From Oscillospiraceae bacterium (GTDB lineage: Bacteria; Bacillota; Clostridia; Oscillospirales; CAG-272), in contig SVQM01000003.1 in NCBI GenBank assembly GCA_015065335.1, positions 1 through 46,459 of the forward strand: a stretch of 46,459 nt of DNA, written 5' to 3'. Shown here one piece after another: positions 16,708-26,719 of the stretch (within the stretch, counting starts at the first letter, position 1; the number at the start of each line of letters is the position of its first letter). The notes under the pieces are model-generated. The model searched no databases and was not told the origin of the DNA. It saw only the letters and a list, made by a program, of their open reading frames with translations. The position numbers were made by a program, and so were the translations under genes.

Positions 16708-19122
16708 ATGAAGCTTTCAATGAATTGGCTGTCGGATTTTACCGACGTAAAAGATGTAGATATAAAAGCATACTGCGACAGAATGACCGATACAGGCTCA
16801 AAGGTAGAGGGGTATGAGACTCTCGCAGAGGATATCTCCGGTGTAGTGTGCGGTCACGTTCTCTCCGTTGAGAAGCATCCCGATGCTGATAAGCTTGTAG
16901 TATGCTCTGTTGATATCGGAAGAGATGCTCCCGTGCAGATCGTTACCGCTGCCACAAATGTGACTCCCGGTGCAGTAGTCCCCGTTGCAACTGACGGCTC
17001 CCATCTTCCCGGTGGTGTGAAGATCAAGAAGGGTAAGCTTCGTGGTGTCGTTTCCGAGGGAATGTTCTGCTCTATTGCAGAGCTTGGACTTACTCTCCAC
17101 GATATGCCCGGTGCTATCGAGGATGGGATACTTATTCTCGGAGACTGCGGACTTGGAGATATCGCTCCCGGTACAGACATGAAGGAGGCGCTCCTTCTCA
17201 CTGATAACGTTGTAGAGTTTGAGATCACCTCAAACAGACCCGACTGTCTTTCCGTTATCGGTCTCGGACGTGAGTCTGCTGTATCCTTCGACCGTGATTT
17301 TACCGTTAAGGCTCCCGAGGTCAAGCATATTGATGACGGTGATACTGTTGAGAATCACATCAAGGTCGACATCAAGGCTCCCGATCTTTGCTACCGCTAC
17401 AGCGCAGCTGTTGTAAAGAACGTTCGTATCAAGCCCTCCCCCCTGTGGCTCCGTATGAGACTTCGTGCATCAGGTGTACGTCCCATCAACAATATCGTAG
17501 ATATTACAAACTACGTAATGCTTGAGTACGGTCAGCCCATGCACGCATTTGACTATGCTTGTCTTGAGGGTAAGCATATTATCGTTCGACGTGCAGAGGA
17601 TAACGAGGAGTATGTAACTCTTGATAATATAAAGCATAATCTGAATACAGATATGCTCGTCATCGCTGACGAGAAGAAGCCTGTGGCACTTGCTGGTGTA
17701 ATGGGCGGTGCTAACTCCGGAATCTCCGATTCCACAGTAAAGGTAGTATTTGAGTCTGCTGTGTTCAACGGCGGAAATGTACGTCGCAGTGCAAAGGCTC
17801 TCGGTATGAGAACTGAGTCCTCCTCCAGATTTGAGAAGGGGCTTGATGCAGAGGGGACCATGAATGCCCTCAAGCGTGCCTGTGAGCTTGTAAATCTGCT
17901 TGATGCAGGTGATGTTGTGGCTGACTTCATCGACTGCTATCCCGAGAAGAAGGAAGCATTCAAGATGGAGCTTTGTCCTGAGACAATCAACACCTTCCTC
18001 GGAACCGATATGACTGAGGAGTTCATGAAGGATACTCTTTGTAAGCTTGCATTTGAGGTTGACGGAAATACCATCACAGTTCCTTCCTTCCGTGATGACG
18101 TGCGTTGTATGAATGATGTAGCCGAAGAGGTCATCCGTATCTACGGATACAATTCTATAGTTTCAACCGGCTTCTCCTCCGGACTTGCCGAGGGAGGTCG
18201 TACCGAGATGCAGAAGTATGCTCTCGATGCCGAGGAGGCTCTCGTGGGAATGGGTGCAGACCAGATCGAGACATTCTCCTTCATCAGTCCCAAGTATTAT
18301 GACAAGATCCGCCTTGCGGCAGATGATCCTCGCAGAAAGTCTGTTGTTATCATGAATCCTCTCGGCGAGGATACCTCTGTTATGAGAACTACAGCACTTC
18401 CTTCTATCCTTGAGGTGCTTGCTCTTAATTATAACAGAAAGAACCGTGATGTGTTCCTCTTTGAGCTTGGTTCCGTATATCTGCCTAAGGGAGATGACGA
18501 GCTTCCCGATGAGCCTCGCAGGATCACTCTCGGACTTCTTGACTATACCAAGGATCAGCTCGGATTCTATCGTATGAAGGGATATATCGAGGCTCTCCTT
18601 GACAGAATGGGTGTACGCGGCGTATCCTATAAGGCAAATTCCGATGAGAGCGCATTCCATCCCGGACGCTGTGCTTCTGTAATGGTAGACGGTAAGTGTA
18701 TCGGTGTGTTCGGTGAGCTTCATCCCGAAACTGCCGACAACTATGGCTTCGGTAATGTTAGAGTTCTTGCGGCTGAGCTTGACTTTGACATGATGTTTGA
18801 GCTTCGCTTTACCGATATGGGATATACTCCTCTGCCGAAATATCCTGCACTTGAGAGAGACTTCTCCTTCGTGTGCGAGGAAGCTCTTGAGGCAGGCTCC
18901 ATTGAGGCTTGTATCAAGAAGGCGGGCGGTGCAGTTCTTGAATCCGCAAAGCTCTTTGATGTTTACAGAGGTCCTCAGGTCGGTGAGGGTAAGAAGAGCC
19001 TTTCATTTGAGGTAAAACTCCGTGCGGCTGATAAGACACTCAGCGACAGCGAGGCTGATACCGTTGTTGAGAAGATCCTCGGAAAGATCTCCGAGGAATT
19101 CGGTATCGAGCTTAGAAAATAA
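16708..19122 (+). CDS. pheT: Phenylalanine--tRNA ligase beta subunit
   Basis: HPDADKL, KLRGVVSEGMFCS, ITSNRPDCLS, RPINNIVDITNYVMLEYGQPMHAFD and a C-terminal anticodon-binding domain; follows pheS. Confidence 0.98.
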   Translation: MKLSMNWLSDFTDVKDVDIKAYCDRMTDTGSKVEGYETLAEDISGVVCGHVLSVEKHPDADKLVVCSVDIGRDAPVQIVTAATNVTPGAVVPVATDGSHLPGGVKIKKGKLRGVVSEGMFCSIAELGLTLHDMPGAIEDGILILGDCGLGDIAPGTDMKEALLLTDNVVEFEITSNRPDCLSVIGLGRESAVSFDRDFTVKAPEVKHIDDGDTVENHIKVDIKAPDLCYRYSAAVVKNVRIKPSPLWLRMRLRASGVRPINNIVDITNYVMLEYGQPMHAFDYACLEGKHIIVRRAEDNEEYVTLDNIKHNLNTDMLVIADEKKPVALAGVMGGANSGISDSTVKVVFESAVFNGGNVRRSAKALGMRTESSSRFEKGLDAEGTMNALKRACELVNLLDAGDVVADFIDCYPEKKEAFKMELCPETINTFLGTDMTEEFMKDTLCKLAFEVDGNTITVPSFRDDVRCMNDVAEEVIRIYGYNSIVSTGFSSGLAEGGRTEMQKYALDAEEALVGMGADQIETFSFISPKYYDKIRLAADDPRRKSVVIMNPLGEDTSVMRTTALPSILEVLALNYNRKNRDVFLFELGSVYLPKGDDELPDEPRRITLGLLDYTKDQLGFYRMKGYIEALLDRMGVRGVSYKANSDESAFHPGRCASVMVDGKCIGVFGELHPETADNYGFGNVRVLAAELDFDMMFELRFTDMGYTPLPKYPALERDFSFVCEEALEAGSIEACIKKAGGAVLESAKLFDVYRGPQVGEGKKSLSFEVKLRAADKTLSDSEADTVVEKILGKISEEFGIELRK

Positions 19123-19134
19123 GATAAATAAATG

Positions 19135-19165
19135 GAGCGTACTTCGTGTGAAGTGCGCTCTTTTT
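19135..19165 (+). terminator. pheST terminator
   Basis: GAGCGTACTTC-GTGT-GAAGTGCGCTC-TTTTT. Confidence 0.85.
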
Positions 19166-19182
19166 GTCTATATCTTAAAATG

Positions 19183-19211
19183 TTGACTTTAATATTTGAG
19201 AATGCTATAAT
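19183..19211 (+). promoter_or_regulatory. Sigma-A promoter
   Basis: TTGACT-17 nt-TATAAT with a TGn extension, upstream of the TTG start at 19259. Confidence 0.75.
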
Positions 19212-19258
19212 GTAATGTGTAAATTAACGCCAATCAGCGGTAAAGGAGGGTTAGAGCT

Positions 19259-21322
19259 TTGAAAAAAATTTCGAAAATTTTCTTTGCTTTAATTATAGTG
19301 TTACAAAGTGTGACAATCAGTGTTGTTCCCTCGGTGGGAATTGATGCATACTATCCCTCACCTTCTCTTGACGGAGAAGAATCAAAAACAGTAACATATT
19401 TGTATGACGGAGTGACAAGAACGGATTACGTTCTTGCGAATACTTCAAAATACAAGAAACAAGTTTTTACCACTGTTGAATTTGATCCATCACAGGATGA
19501 TCTGTATTTTGATGTTTGCGGTGGCGGATCATATCTAAGTTCTCTGTCAAAAACCAGTAATACGGTCGCAAAGTTTAATGCAAGAGAGCCTGATAAAAAA
19601 GTTCTCGTTGCAACAAACGGTGATTTCTGGGGAACGAATAATTATGATGTTCGTGTTGAAGGAAACGAGAGTAACTACGTAAGTAATCCGAGTCTCGGAT
19701 ATACCGATGAAAACGGAAACACGTATCCTGCAAATGTAACAAAGGCATATGCCATCCCGTTTGCTTTCAATATGCATGATGGTGAGATCGTATCAAGTAT
19801 GAGAATGGCTCAGGAAAAGCCGGATTTCGGGCTTGGGCATTACTCATTCGGTATTACTGCTGACGGAGAAGCTCTTCTGGGACAGATAATCACCACTACT
19901 GTTATAAATAATAAGACAAAGGGGATCACAGCAAAAGCGGATGGTATCAATCGTCTTCCGGAAAATAATGCGCTTGTTCTGTACACCGATAAGGGGTATG
20001 CAAAAACATATTGCCTTTCCGATGCGTATGAATTTGCTTTTGATTGTACCTATGATTATTGTGTGAAGGATGGAGTAACCATATCTGCTACTCTTACCGA
20101 GATATCAAATCCCGGTGAAACAAGGCTTTCGATGAAGGCAAACAGACTTATCCTCACTGCAAGGGGAAACAAAATTCCCGAGGTAACTGCATTTGAAGTA
20201 GGTGATGCCTTCACTTTTTCCGTAACTATAGAAGATCTTTTTGGTAATACGGAAAAGTGGCGCACCGTTACCAACTGTGTAGGTGGTCGAATGCCTGCGA
20301 TAATAAACGGTATACCAACGGGCATTACCGATACTAATACTACTTACAATCCCTCAACTCTCCTCGGTATTAAGGAAAACGGAAATGTAGTAATAATAAC
20401 CTCCTACGGCAGACAGTATTCTGCAGCTCACGGCTATTACAGCTATGGACTGAAAGTATGCGATTACGTCAAGCTTGCAAAAGATCTTGATATAGTTACG
20501 TTGCTTCTTTGTGACGGTGGCGGTTCTGCGACAATGGTATGCGAGACTGATACAGGAGGATATGAGCTTACAGGTCGTCCTTGTGATTCTGGATATACTG
20601 AAAGAACGGTGATAAATTCTGTTCTTATTTCCGTAGGTCCACCGAAATCAAATCCGGGAACAGATGATATTTCACTTAACAGTGAGAATTATTCTGATAT
20701 TATAAGAGATTCGAGAAGTATTAAATGCACTGCTGAAAGTGATTACAACATTAAATTGTTGGCAACGGGATTTAGAAATCCTTCGTTTTTGTTTGATCTT
20801 TTCGGTGGAACTTATGCCGATTCTAACAGATACATGGTAGTTGAAGGAACACCCACTATGTCAGACGGCGGAGAGTTCACCCTTGGAATTTATCCCTCTG
20901 CGGGAAGGAATCTTAATCCTTCGAGCTCACAGAAAATTGATCTGACATTTAAGTGTGATGGTACATGGCAGAGACAATTGGTTGATCTTTCCGATCATAA
21001 TAGTTGGAAGGGAAGGATGAACTACATCAGAATGGATCTTTTCGGTGATACCGGTGTTGGTATTATGGGCGAGGGATTCAAAATGAAAAGGATTCGTTTT
21101 TTTAATACACTGTCGGCTGCAAATGAGTTTATGCAGTACCGTGGCGAGAACATTCGAGGAGATGCCGACGGGAATGGTAATCTGAATCTCAGCGACGTGT
21201 CTCTTGTTCTGAAGTGTATCGCAAAGTGGAATGTTGCCGTAGAGGCAGAGGCAGACTATAATGATGATGGAAAACTGACACTTTTTGATGCGGCACTTAT
21301 TCTTCGTAAGATTGTAGAGTGA
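19259..21322 (+). CDS. Secreted phosphodiester glycosidase-family (NAGPA/DUF2233-like) protein with a C-terminal dockerin
   Basis: TTG start after AAGGAGG and a signal peptide. Motifs ATNGDFW, GINR, LLGIKENG.VVIIT.YGRQ and LLCDGGGSATMV...GRPCD...ERTVINS; C-terminal GDADGNGNLNLSD / ADYNDDGKLTLFD. Confidence 0.8.
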   Translation: MKKISKIFFALIIVLQSVTISVVPSVGIDAYYPSPSLDGEESKTVTYLYDGVTRTDYVLANTSKYKKQVFTTVEFDPSQDDLYFDVCGGGSYLSSLSKTSNTVAKFNAREPDKKVLVATNGDFWGTNNYDVRVEGNESNYVSNPSLGYTDENGNTYPANVTKAYAIPFAFNMHDGEIVSSMRMAQEKPDFGLGHYSFGITADGEALLGQIITTTVINNKTKGITAKADGINRLPENNALVLYTDKGYAKTYCLSDAYEFAFDCTYDYCVKDGVTISATLTEISNPGETRLSMKANRLILTARGNKIPEVTAFEVGDAFTFSVTIEDLFGNTEKWRTVTNCVGGRMPAIINGIPTGITDTNTTYNPSTLLGIKENGNVVIITSYGRQYSAAHGYYSYGLKVCDYVKLAKDLDIVTLLLCDGGGSATMVCETDTGGYELTGRPCDSGYTERTVINSVLISVGPPKSNPGTDDISLNSENYSDIIRDSRSIKCTAESDYNIKLLATGFRNPSFLFDLFGGTYADSNRYMVVEGTPTMSDGGEFTLGIYPSAGRNLNPSSSQKIDLTFKCDGTWQRQLVDLSDHNSWKGRMNYIRMDLFGDTGVGIMGEGFKMKRIRFFNTLSAANEFMQYRGENIRGDADGNGNLNLSDVSLVLKCIAKWNVAVEAEADYNDDGKLTLFDAALILRKIVE

Positions 21323-21354
21323 ATGTAGTTGTGGCAGGAATGTAAAATAATGAG

Positions 21355-21432
21355 AGCACCGATAGGAAAATATATAAGCTTATCGGTGCTTTTGTATACA
21401 AAAACGCCCACCGAAATTACTTCGGTGGGCGT
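21355..21432. terminator. Back-to-back terminators for convergent genes
   Basis: Plus strand: AGCACCGATAGG/CTTATCGGTGCT then TTT. Minus strand: ACGCCCACCGAA/TTCGGTGGGCGT with an A-run at 21400-21403. Confidence 0.7.
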
Positions 21433-21440
21433 ATGTGTTA

Positions 21441-22646
21441 TTATTCTTCTTTTGTAAAGGCTTTCCACTTTCCAAATGCGATAAGGCACATGAGAAGACC
21501 TGCCACAGCAATGGCGGAACAGATGATAAATGTAAATCCCCATCCGCTGTTTTCTGTTAACTTGGCAAGTCCCCACATTGAAATGGCACTTCCCACGTAA
21601 GTGAAGAAATTCATTGATCCGGATACGAGAGAAGCCTTACCGTATCTTGCAAATCTTCCGGGGATCTGACAAACGAGCATTAGGTTTACACCGTGCATAC
21701 ATCCTGTAGCAAGGGACAGAAGGAAAAGCGCTGCAGGCATGAAGGGAATAACTGTTGTCAGTGCCGTTGATACAGCAGAGATAACAAAGAGCAGCATAGC
21801 AAGAGCAAGCTCGTTCTTTATAAACCTGCGGTTTATCTCCGATGTTATCTTGAAGCTGAGGATACTGAACAGCGGTACCAGAACACTGACGAAAATGGAT
21901 GAATCTGTAGAAAGACCGTGTTCTGCGGAGAGATAAGTCGGAGTCCATCCGTCGATGCCGTCTCGAAGAATTCCCATAAAAAGAATTGCGGCACAGATGA
22001 ATACAAGTCCTGAGGCGATTATAACGGGGCCAAGGGGCTTTTTTGATTCCTCTGAATCAGCAGCTTCCTTGGGAACGGTCTGAATTTCTGCATTCCTTGT
22101 AAAGAAGCTGAACAGTACCACTGAGATGACACCTATGATGGCTGAGAACAGGAATACTGTCTTCCATCCGCTGATGCGGAACAGTACAGGTGCAATGAGG
22201 TGGATGAATACTGTACCGACAGATCCTGCGGCATTGACGATCACAATGGCTTTGTTGTAATCGTCCCGTGTCATTGAGCCTGACAGGATCTTTATGAGAG
22301 GAGGCCAGATAAAGCTCTGTGCAAGACCGTTGAGTGTCCAAAGGATACACATAACTGTAATGCCGAGGTTTGAGGCCATAAGCACATTGATGACGGAGGA
22401 GGAAAGAAGTCCTGCAAGAATGAGCTTGTGAGGTGATACCTTATCACCTATGTATCCGCTTATGAGCTGACCGATACCGTATGATAAAAAGCTGAATGTG
22501 ACAGGCAGGGAAGCCGCAGAGTGAAGAACACCCTCTGCTTTGACAAATTCTTCGATAATGGTTTTGTAATTGTAGCGGGTAACGTAGCTTGAGAAATAAA
22601 CAAGAAAACCAAGCGCCGCCAGTGCTTTTGCGTTGAGTCGTTTCAT
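21441..22646 (-). CDS. MFS transporter (organophosphate antiporter GlpT/UhpT-like)
   Basis: Start MKRLNAKA (ATG 22646). About 12 TM helices; YFSSYVTRYNY, SYGIGQLISGYIGDK, LNGLAQSFIWPP and ILRDGIDGWTPTYL resemble OPA-family motifs. Confidence 0.8.
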   Translation of the reverse strand: MKRLNAKALAALGFLVYFSSYVTRYNYKTIIEEFVKAEGVLHSAASLPVTFSFLSYGIGQLISGYIGDKVSPHKLILAGLLSSSVINVLMASNLGITVMCILWTLNGLAQSFIWPPLIKILSGSMTRDDYNKAIVIVNAAGSVGTVFIHLIAPVLFRISGWKTVFLFSAIIGVISVVLFSFFTRNAEIQTVPKEAADSEESKKPLGPVIIASGLVFICAAILFMGILRDGIDGWTPTYLSAEHGLSTDSSIFVSVLVPLFSILSFKITSEINRRFIKNELALAMLLFVISAVSTALTTVIPFMPAALFLLSLATGCMHGVNLMLVCQIPGRFARYGKASLVSGSMNFFTYVGSAISMWGLAKLTENSGWGFTFIICSAIAVAGLLMCLIAFGKWKAFTKEE

Positions 22647-22674
22647 TTTGACCGATGGGCTCCTTTGGGGTATG

Positions 22675-24390
22675 TCAGGGATTTGTTTTACGGGATTGAG
22701 AATAGCTGAAGGCATAGTATCCGGAAGCTATTGAGCCTACAAGAGGTTCTGTTGAGTAGATATCCTTTGCAACGGGATCAGTGGTGAACATCGCATTATC
22801 GCCGTCGGCAATATAACAGTTATTCGTTACAACAGATTTACCGTATTTATCTACATATACGGTGCCTGTATCAAGTCCGGTACCGTCACGTTCGACAGTT
22901 ATAATGGCATAGCCGTCAGAACCCACAGAAACATAGGAATATCCGAGGGAAAGCTCAGGATATACCTTCGTATAGGGATTGCTGTGGGAATCCTTTCCCA
23001 CGAGATTTGAGTAGTTATCAATATGGGTGTGTCCGCTGATCAAAGCAATTACCTCTCCGGGACCGTTCTTGGAATAATCCGCAGTTACACTGTAGAAGAA
23101 ATCTCCGTCTTTATCATTGGTTTTGCTGGTGGTAGAATAGCCACCGTCGCCGTAATTTGTTGTAGTTGTTTTTTCATCATGTATCGATGTGCCGTTTTTA
23201 TAGGCTTCAAGAATACGGAGGAAAGCATAGAAGTTTCTGCCTGCCGCATCATTTCCGCCAAACCGATAGGGATTATCGATGCTTTTCATTGTTTCAATGG
23301 GTACATGTGATATCACCAGTACTGCCCAGTTCTTCGCATCCTCACCTTTGTCGGAAAAAGCGAGAGCCTCAGCCATGAAGTTGAGCTGGTCGTTCCTTAT
23401 GCCGTGACCTGTGTATGCTCCGTAATAGCATATACCGTTCTCATCGGGATCGTAAGGGATATCGGAGGTATCAACAAAAAGAATACGTATTTTTGATGCT
23501 TCATGGTCCATGTAGCCGTAACATCCCTTGCCGTCTGTTACGATAGCTTCGGAAGAGGTGAATGCAAGATCACGCCATTGATCGGTGGTGATGACTCCGT
23601 TATCGGGGAATACATCATAGCGTTTGTTTGTTTTCTCGTAAAAGGTCCAGGAATTATCATCGTGATTTCCTCTGAGACTTACAAAAGGAACATTACCCGT
23701 ACCTCTCATGGTGCCGATAGCGGTTTTCAGGAGGTCAAGTGCGATTTCTTCGGTAGCGTGATTTCCGTCAATGAGATCACCGCCGTGAACATAGAAATCT
23801 ATCGGTATATGATTTTGTATATCGGCAAATTCGGCAAATTTGTCTGCTCCGATTCCGGTCGTAAAGTGGGAATCGGTTTTAAATGCAAAAGTCAGCTTTG
23901 ATGTTGACGGACCGGGAACGTCCGGTACATCTGGATCATCGGGCTTATTCGGTATATCAGGTGAAACAGGGATCTTTTTATCGTGATATACAAAATTTTT
24001 GCAGTCGCCGGTAAGCTCTACACAAACTGCGTATCTTTCGCAGGCGAGATAAAGAGCATCGACTGTTTTTCCGAATATTACTATCTGGTCCTTGTGCCTT
24101 TTGATTATGTAACCGTCATTCTCAAATGAAGTCATGTCTACATCATAGTCGTCATTGTCACCAATACCGAGAACGATATCGTGGGGGATAACATCAAGAC
24201 GGTCGTAGAGCCATTCCCTGCAGTCAATAGCCTCGGATGAGCTGAGTAGTATTCTTTTTTCTGTTGACAGATTTTCCATCACATCCGGAATTACAAAGAA
24301 GAATGATGAGAAAACAAGTAAAAACGCAAAGATAAGAGACAACAGGCTTTTTTTAGAAGTGGCATTTCTTTTTTTTGAAGATGTATTCAT
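22675..24390 (-). CDS. Membrane-anchored calcineurin-like metallophosphoesterase
   Basis: N-terminal TM/signal segment and all five metal-binding motifs: TDSH, GGDLIDG, RGNHD, SHVP, SGHTH. Confidence 0.85.
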   Translation of the reverse strand: MNTSSKKRNATSKKSLLSLIFAFLLVFSSFFFVIPDVMENLSTEKRILLSSSEAIDCREWLYDRLDVIPHDIVLGIGDNDDYDVDMTSFENDGYIIKRHKDQIVIFGKTVDALYLACERYAVCVELTGDCKNFVYHDKKIPVSPDIPNKPDDPDVPDVPGPSTSKLTFAFKTDSHFTTGIGADKFAEFADIQNHIPIDFYVHGGDLIDGNHATEEIALDLLKTAIGTMRGTGNVPFVSLRGNHDDNSWTFYEKTNKRYDVFPDNGVITTDQWRDLAFTSSEAIVTDGKGCYGYMDHEASKIRILFVDTSDIPYDPDENGICYYGAYTGHGIRNDQLNFMAEALAFSDKGEDAKNWAVLVISHVPIETMKSIDNPYRFGGNDAAGRNFYAFLRILEAYKNGTSIHDEKTTTTNYGDGGYSTTSKTNDKDGDFFYSVTADYSKNGPGEVIALISGHTHIDNYSNLVGKDSHSNPYTKVYPELSLGYSYVSVGSDGYAIITVERDGTGLDTGTVYVDKYGKSVVTNNCYIADGDNAMFTTDPVAKDIYSTEPLVGSIASGYYAFSYSQSRKTNP

Positions 24391-24396
24391 GATATG

Positions 24397-25524
24397 TTAC
24401 CTTACTGAATTTATTATACCGGAGATGTTTCTGAGCGTAATAGTGATTAGAGTGTCAGCCTTGGACATAGACTCATCGAGAGTCATGGGGGATGTGGGGA
24501 TGGCGAATATACCGTCTATACCTACGTCGTAAAGTGCATCTACAGGATCAGCCGAACCGCATACACAGATAACGGGAAGTCCGTGACGTTTTGCTGCAGT
24601 GGCAACAGCGGCGGGGAGCTTTCCGTGCGCAGTCTGGAAATCGGTCCTGCCTTCACCCGTAATAACGATATCGGCGTTTTCTGCGAGACTGTCAAATCCG
24701 CTTATTTCAAGCATATGCACAGCTCCGTTGACAAGTGAACCGCCTGCAAGATGAAGTCCGAAGCCGAGGCCGCCTGCGGCACCTGCGCCTTCTACCGATG
24801 AGGCATCAATACCGAGTGATCTTTGTACAGCATCGGCAAAGTTTTTCATACCTGCTTCAAGGAGAAGCACCGTTTCGGGATCAGCACCCTTTTGAGGAGC
24901 ATAATTCCTTGAGCAACCACGCTCTCCGAGCAGCGGAATGTCTACATCGAACATAAGAGAAAACTCCGTGTCCTTCAGTCTCGGATCGATCCCCGAGATA
25001 TCTACGGTAGCGATGTCACCGAGAGTTCTGGCGCATGGGCGGGAGATAACATGTCCGTTTTTGTCGATAAATACGGCTCCGAGAGCAGAGAGCGCACCCG
25101 TGCCTCCGTCATTTGTTCCGCTTCCGCCAAGTCCCACGGTAATGCGTCTGAAGCCTCGGTCGAGCATCTCACGGATCTGAAGTCCCGTGCCGTATGTAGA
25201 TGCATCGAGGATAGTACCTTTTCCTGCCTTTGCAAGATCGAGACTTGATGCGGAGGCTGTGTCGATAACAGCAAGACCGTGGGAGGATATATCACCGAAA
25301 TACCCGTTTGCAGGATCACCGAAGGGATCGGTGACTATGCATTTTACAAGCTCTCCACCAAGTGCGGAGCATACGGCGGCAGCGGTGCCTTCTCCCCCAT
25401 CGGCAAGAGGCAGGCATACGGCTTCATTCCCGGGTATCATCATAATGCCTTTTTTTGCGGCATCACATACCTTGTCTGCATCAAGGCATCCCTTGAAGGA
25501 GTCCATTGCGATTAAGTATTTCAT
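24397..25524 (-). CDS. garK: Glycerate kinase
   Basis: AMDSFKGCL, PLADGGEGT, GLGGSGTNDGGTG, APQKGA, GAGAAGGLG and ITGEGRTDFQT.HGKLP motifs. Confidence 0.93.
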   Translation of the reverse strand: MKYLIAMDSFKGCLDADKVCDAAKKGIMMIPGNEAVCLPLADGGEGTAAAVCSALGGELVKCIVTDPFGDPANGYFGDISSHGLAVIDTASASSLDLAKAGKGTILDASTYGTGLQIREMLDRGFRRITVGLGGSGTNDGGTGALSALGAVFIDKNGHVISRPCARTLGDIATVDISGIDPRLKDTEFSLMFDVDIPLLGERGCSRNYAPQKGADPETVLLLEAGMKNFADAVQRSLGIDASSVEGAGAAGGLGFGLHLAGGSLVNGAVHMLEISGFDSLAENADIVITGEGRTDFQTAHGKLPAAVATAAKRHGLPVICVCGSADPVDALYDVGIDGIFAIPTSPMTLDESMSKADTLITITLRNISGIINSVR

Positions 25525-25541
25525 AATTATCCTCTTATGTA

Positions 25542-25937
25542 TCAGTGTCCGCCGCAGGCACGTCCTGCGGTCAGATCAAGTATATATTTATCATCCGTCT
25601 GTCTGAAGCCGAGACGGAGTGCATATTCTTTTTTAATATTTGCGGTATTTGCAGAAACTTCGGAAAAACCGCATCTTCTCAAAAACTCAAGTACTGAAAA
25701 TCCGAGAATGAGAACAGCCTCATCGGATTCACGGTCCATAGCGGGTGCAAGGCAGTGTATGATACATTTTCCCGTAAAGGAGAATTGGCATATACCGATC
25801 ACCTCACCGTCAGTATCATCTGGAGATGCGATATCGATGGCGGCATATGCGAATGAGTCGGGGATATATTCTGTACCGCAAATGCGGCAGATGTTTTTCT
25901 GAGATTCTTTTACTTCAACAGCACTTACTTTGAACAT
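25542..25937 (-). CDS. Hypothetical protein (possible degenerate GNAT-like fold)
   Basis: 131 aa with RBS AGGAG, tightly packed between rluB and glycerate kinase; IGICQF and LRLGFR segments. Confidence 0.7.
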   Translation of the reverse strand: MFKVSAVEVKESQKNICRICGTEYIPDSFAYAAIDIASPDDTDGEVIGICQFSFTGKCIIHCLAPAMDRESDEAVLILGFSVLEFLRRCGFSEVSANTANIKKEYALRLGFRQTDDKYILDLTAGRACGGH

Positions 25938-25945
25938 GATTTCTC

Positions 25946-26683
25946 CTAAATTCCTTTAAGATACGCAACCTCTTCATCGGTGAGGTGACGCCATTTTCCT
26001 GCGGGAAGATTACCGAGGGTGATCTCACCCTCACTGATCCTGCGAAGCCTGAGGATCGTAAGACCGCACATCTCACACATGCGGCGTATCTGTCTGTTGC
26101 GTCCCTCCATAAGAGTTACGAGGATATCTGTGACATTTTCGCCACGGCCTGTTTTTCTGCTTGACGAAACGATCTCGGCATTGACGGGGCAAAGCTTATA
26201 TCCGTCAAGCTCCATGGGAGCTTCAAGCTTTTTTACATCCTCAGCGGAAACATTACCTCTCAGACGTACTGCGTAGACCTTTCCGATATTTGATGACGGA
26301 TGCATTATTTTGTTTGCGGTCTCTCCGTCATCGGTGAGAAGAAGCAGACCTTCGGAGTACATATCGAGCCTTCCGATGGGATAAACTCTTTTACCCAAAT
26401 CACCGATAAGCTCCGTGACATCAGCACGTCCCTTTTCATCGGAAAGAGTCGTCACATATCCCGCAGGCTTGTTGAGCATTATATAAGTATACTCCTCAAT
26501 CGTACGGGGACGTATCTCACGACCGTCAAGTGTCACGGTGTCGTACCACGGATCGACTTTCATGCCTACTTCTGCAACCACGCCGTTTACGGTCACACGA
26601 CCGTCTGCAATAGCTGCTTCGGCATGACGTCGGGACATTACTCCTGCATCGGAGAAGAATTTCTGAAGTCTTATTTCATTCAT
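25946..26683 (-). CDS. rluB: rRNA pseudouridine synthase (RluB/RsuA family)
   Basis: S4 domain RLQKF...SRR, LNKPAGYVTT, catalytic GRLD and EGRNRQIRRM; scpAB-dacB context. Confidence 0.92.
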   Translation of the reverse strand: MNEIRLQKFFSDAGVMSRRHAEAAIADGRVTVNGVVAEVGMKVDPWYDTVTLDGREIRPRTIEEYTYIMLNKPAGYVTTLSDEKGRADVTELIGDLGKRVYPIGRLDMYSEGLLLLTDDGETANKIMHPSSNIGKVYAVRLRGNVSAEDVKKLEAPMELDGYKLCPVNAEIVSSSRKTGRGENVTDILVTLMEGRNRQIRRMCEMCGLTILRLRRISEGEITLGNLPAGKWRHLTDEEVAYLKGI

Positions 26684-26719
26684 ATGTTACCTATGTATCC
26701 GCCCAAGGCGGAGAGATGT

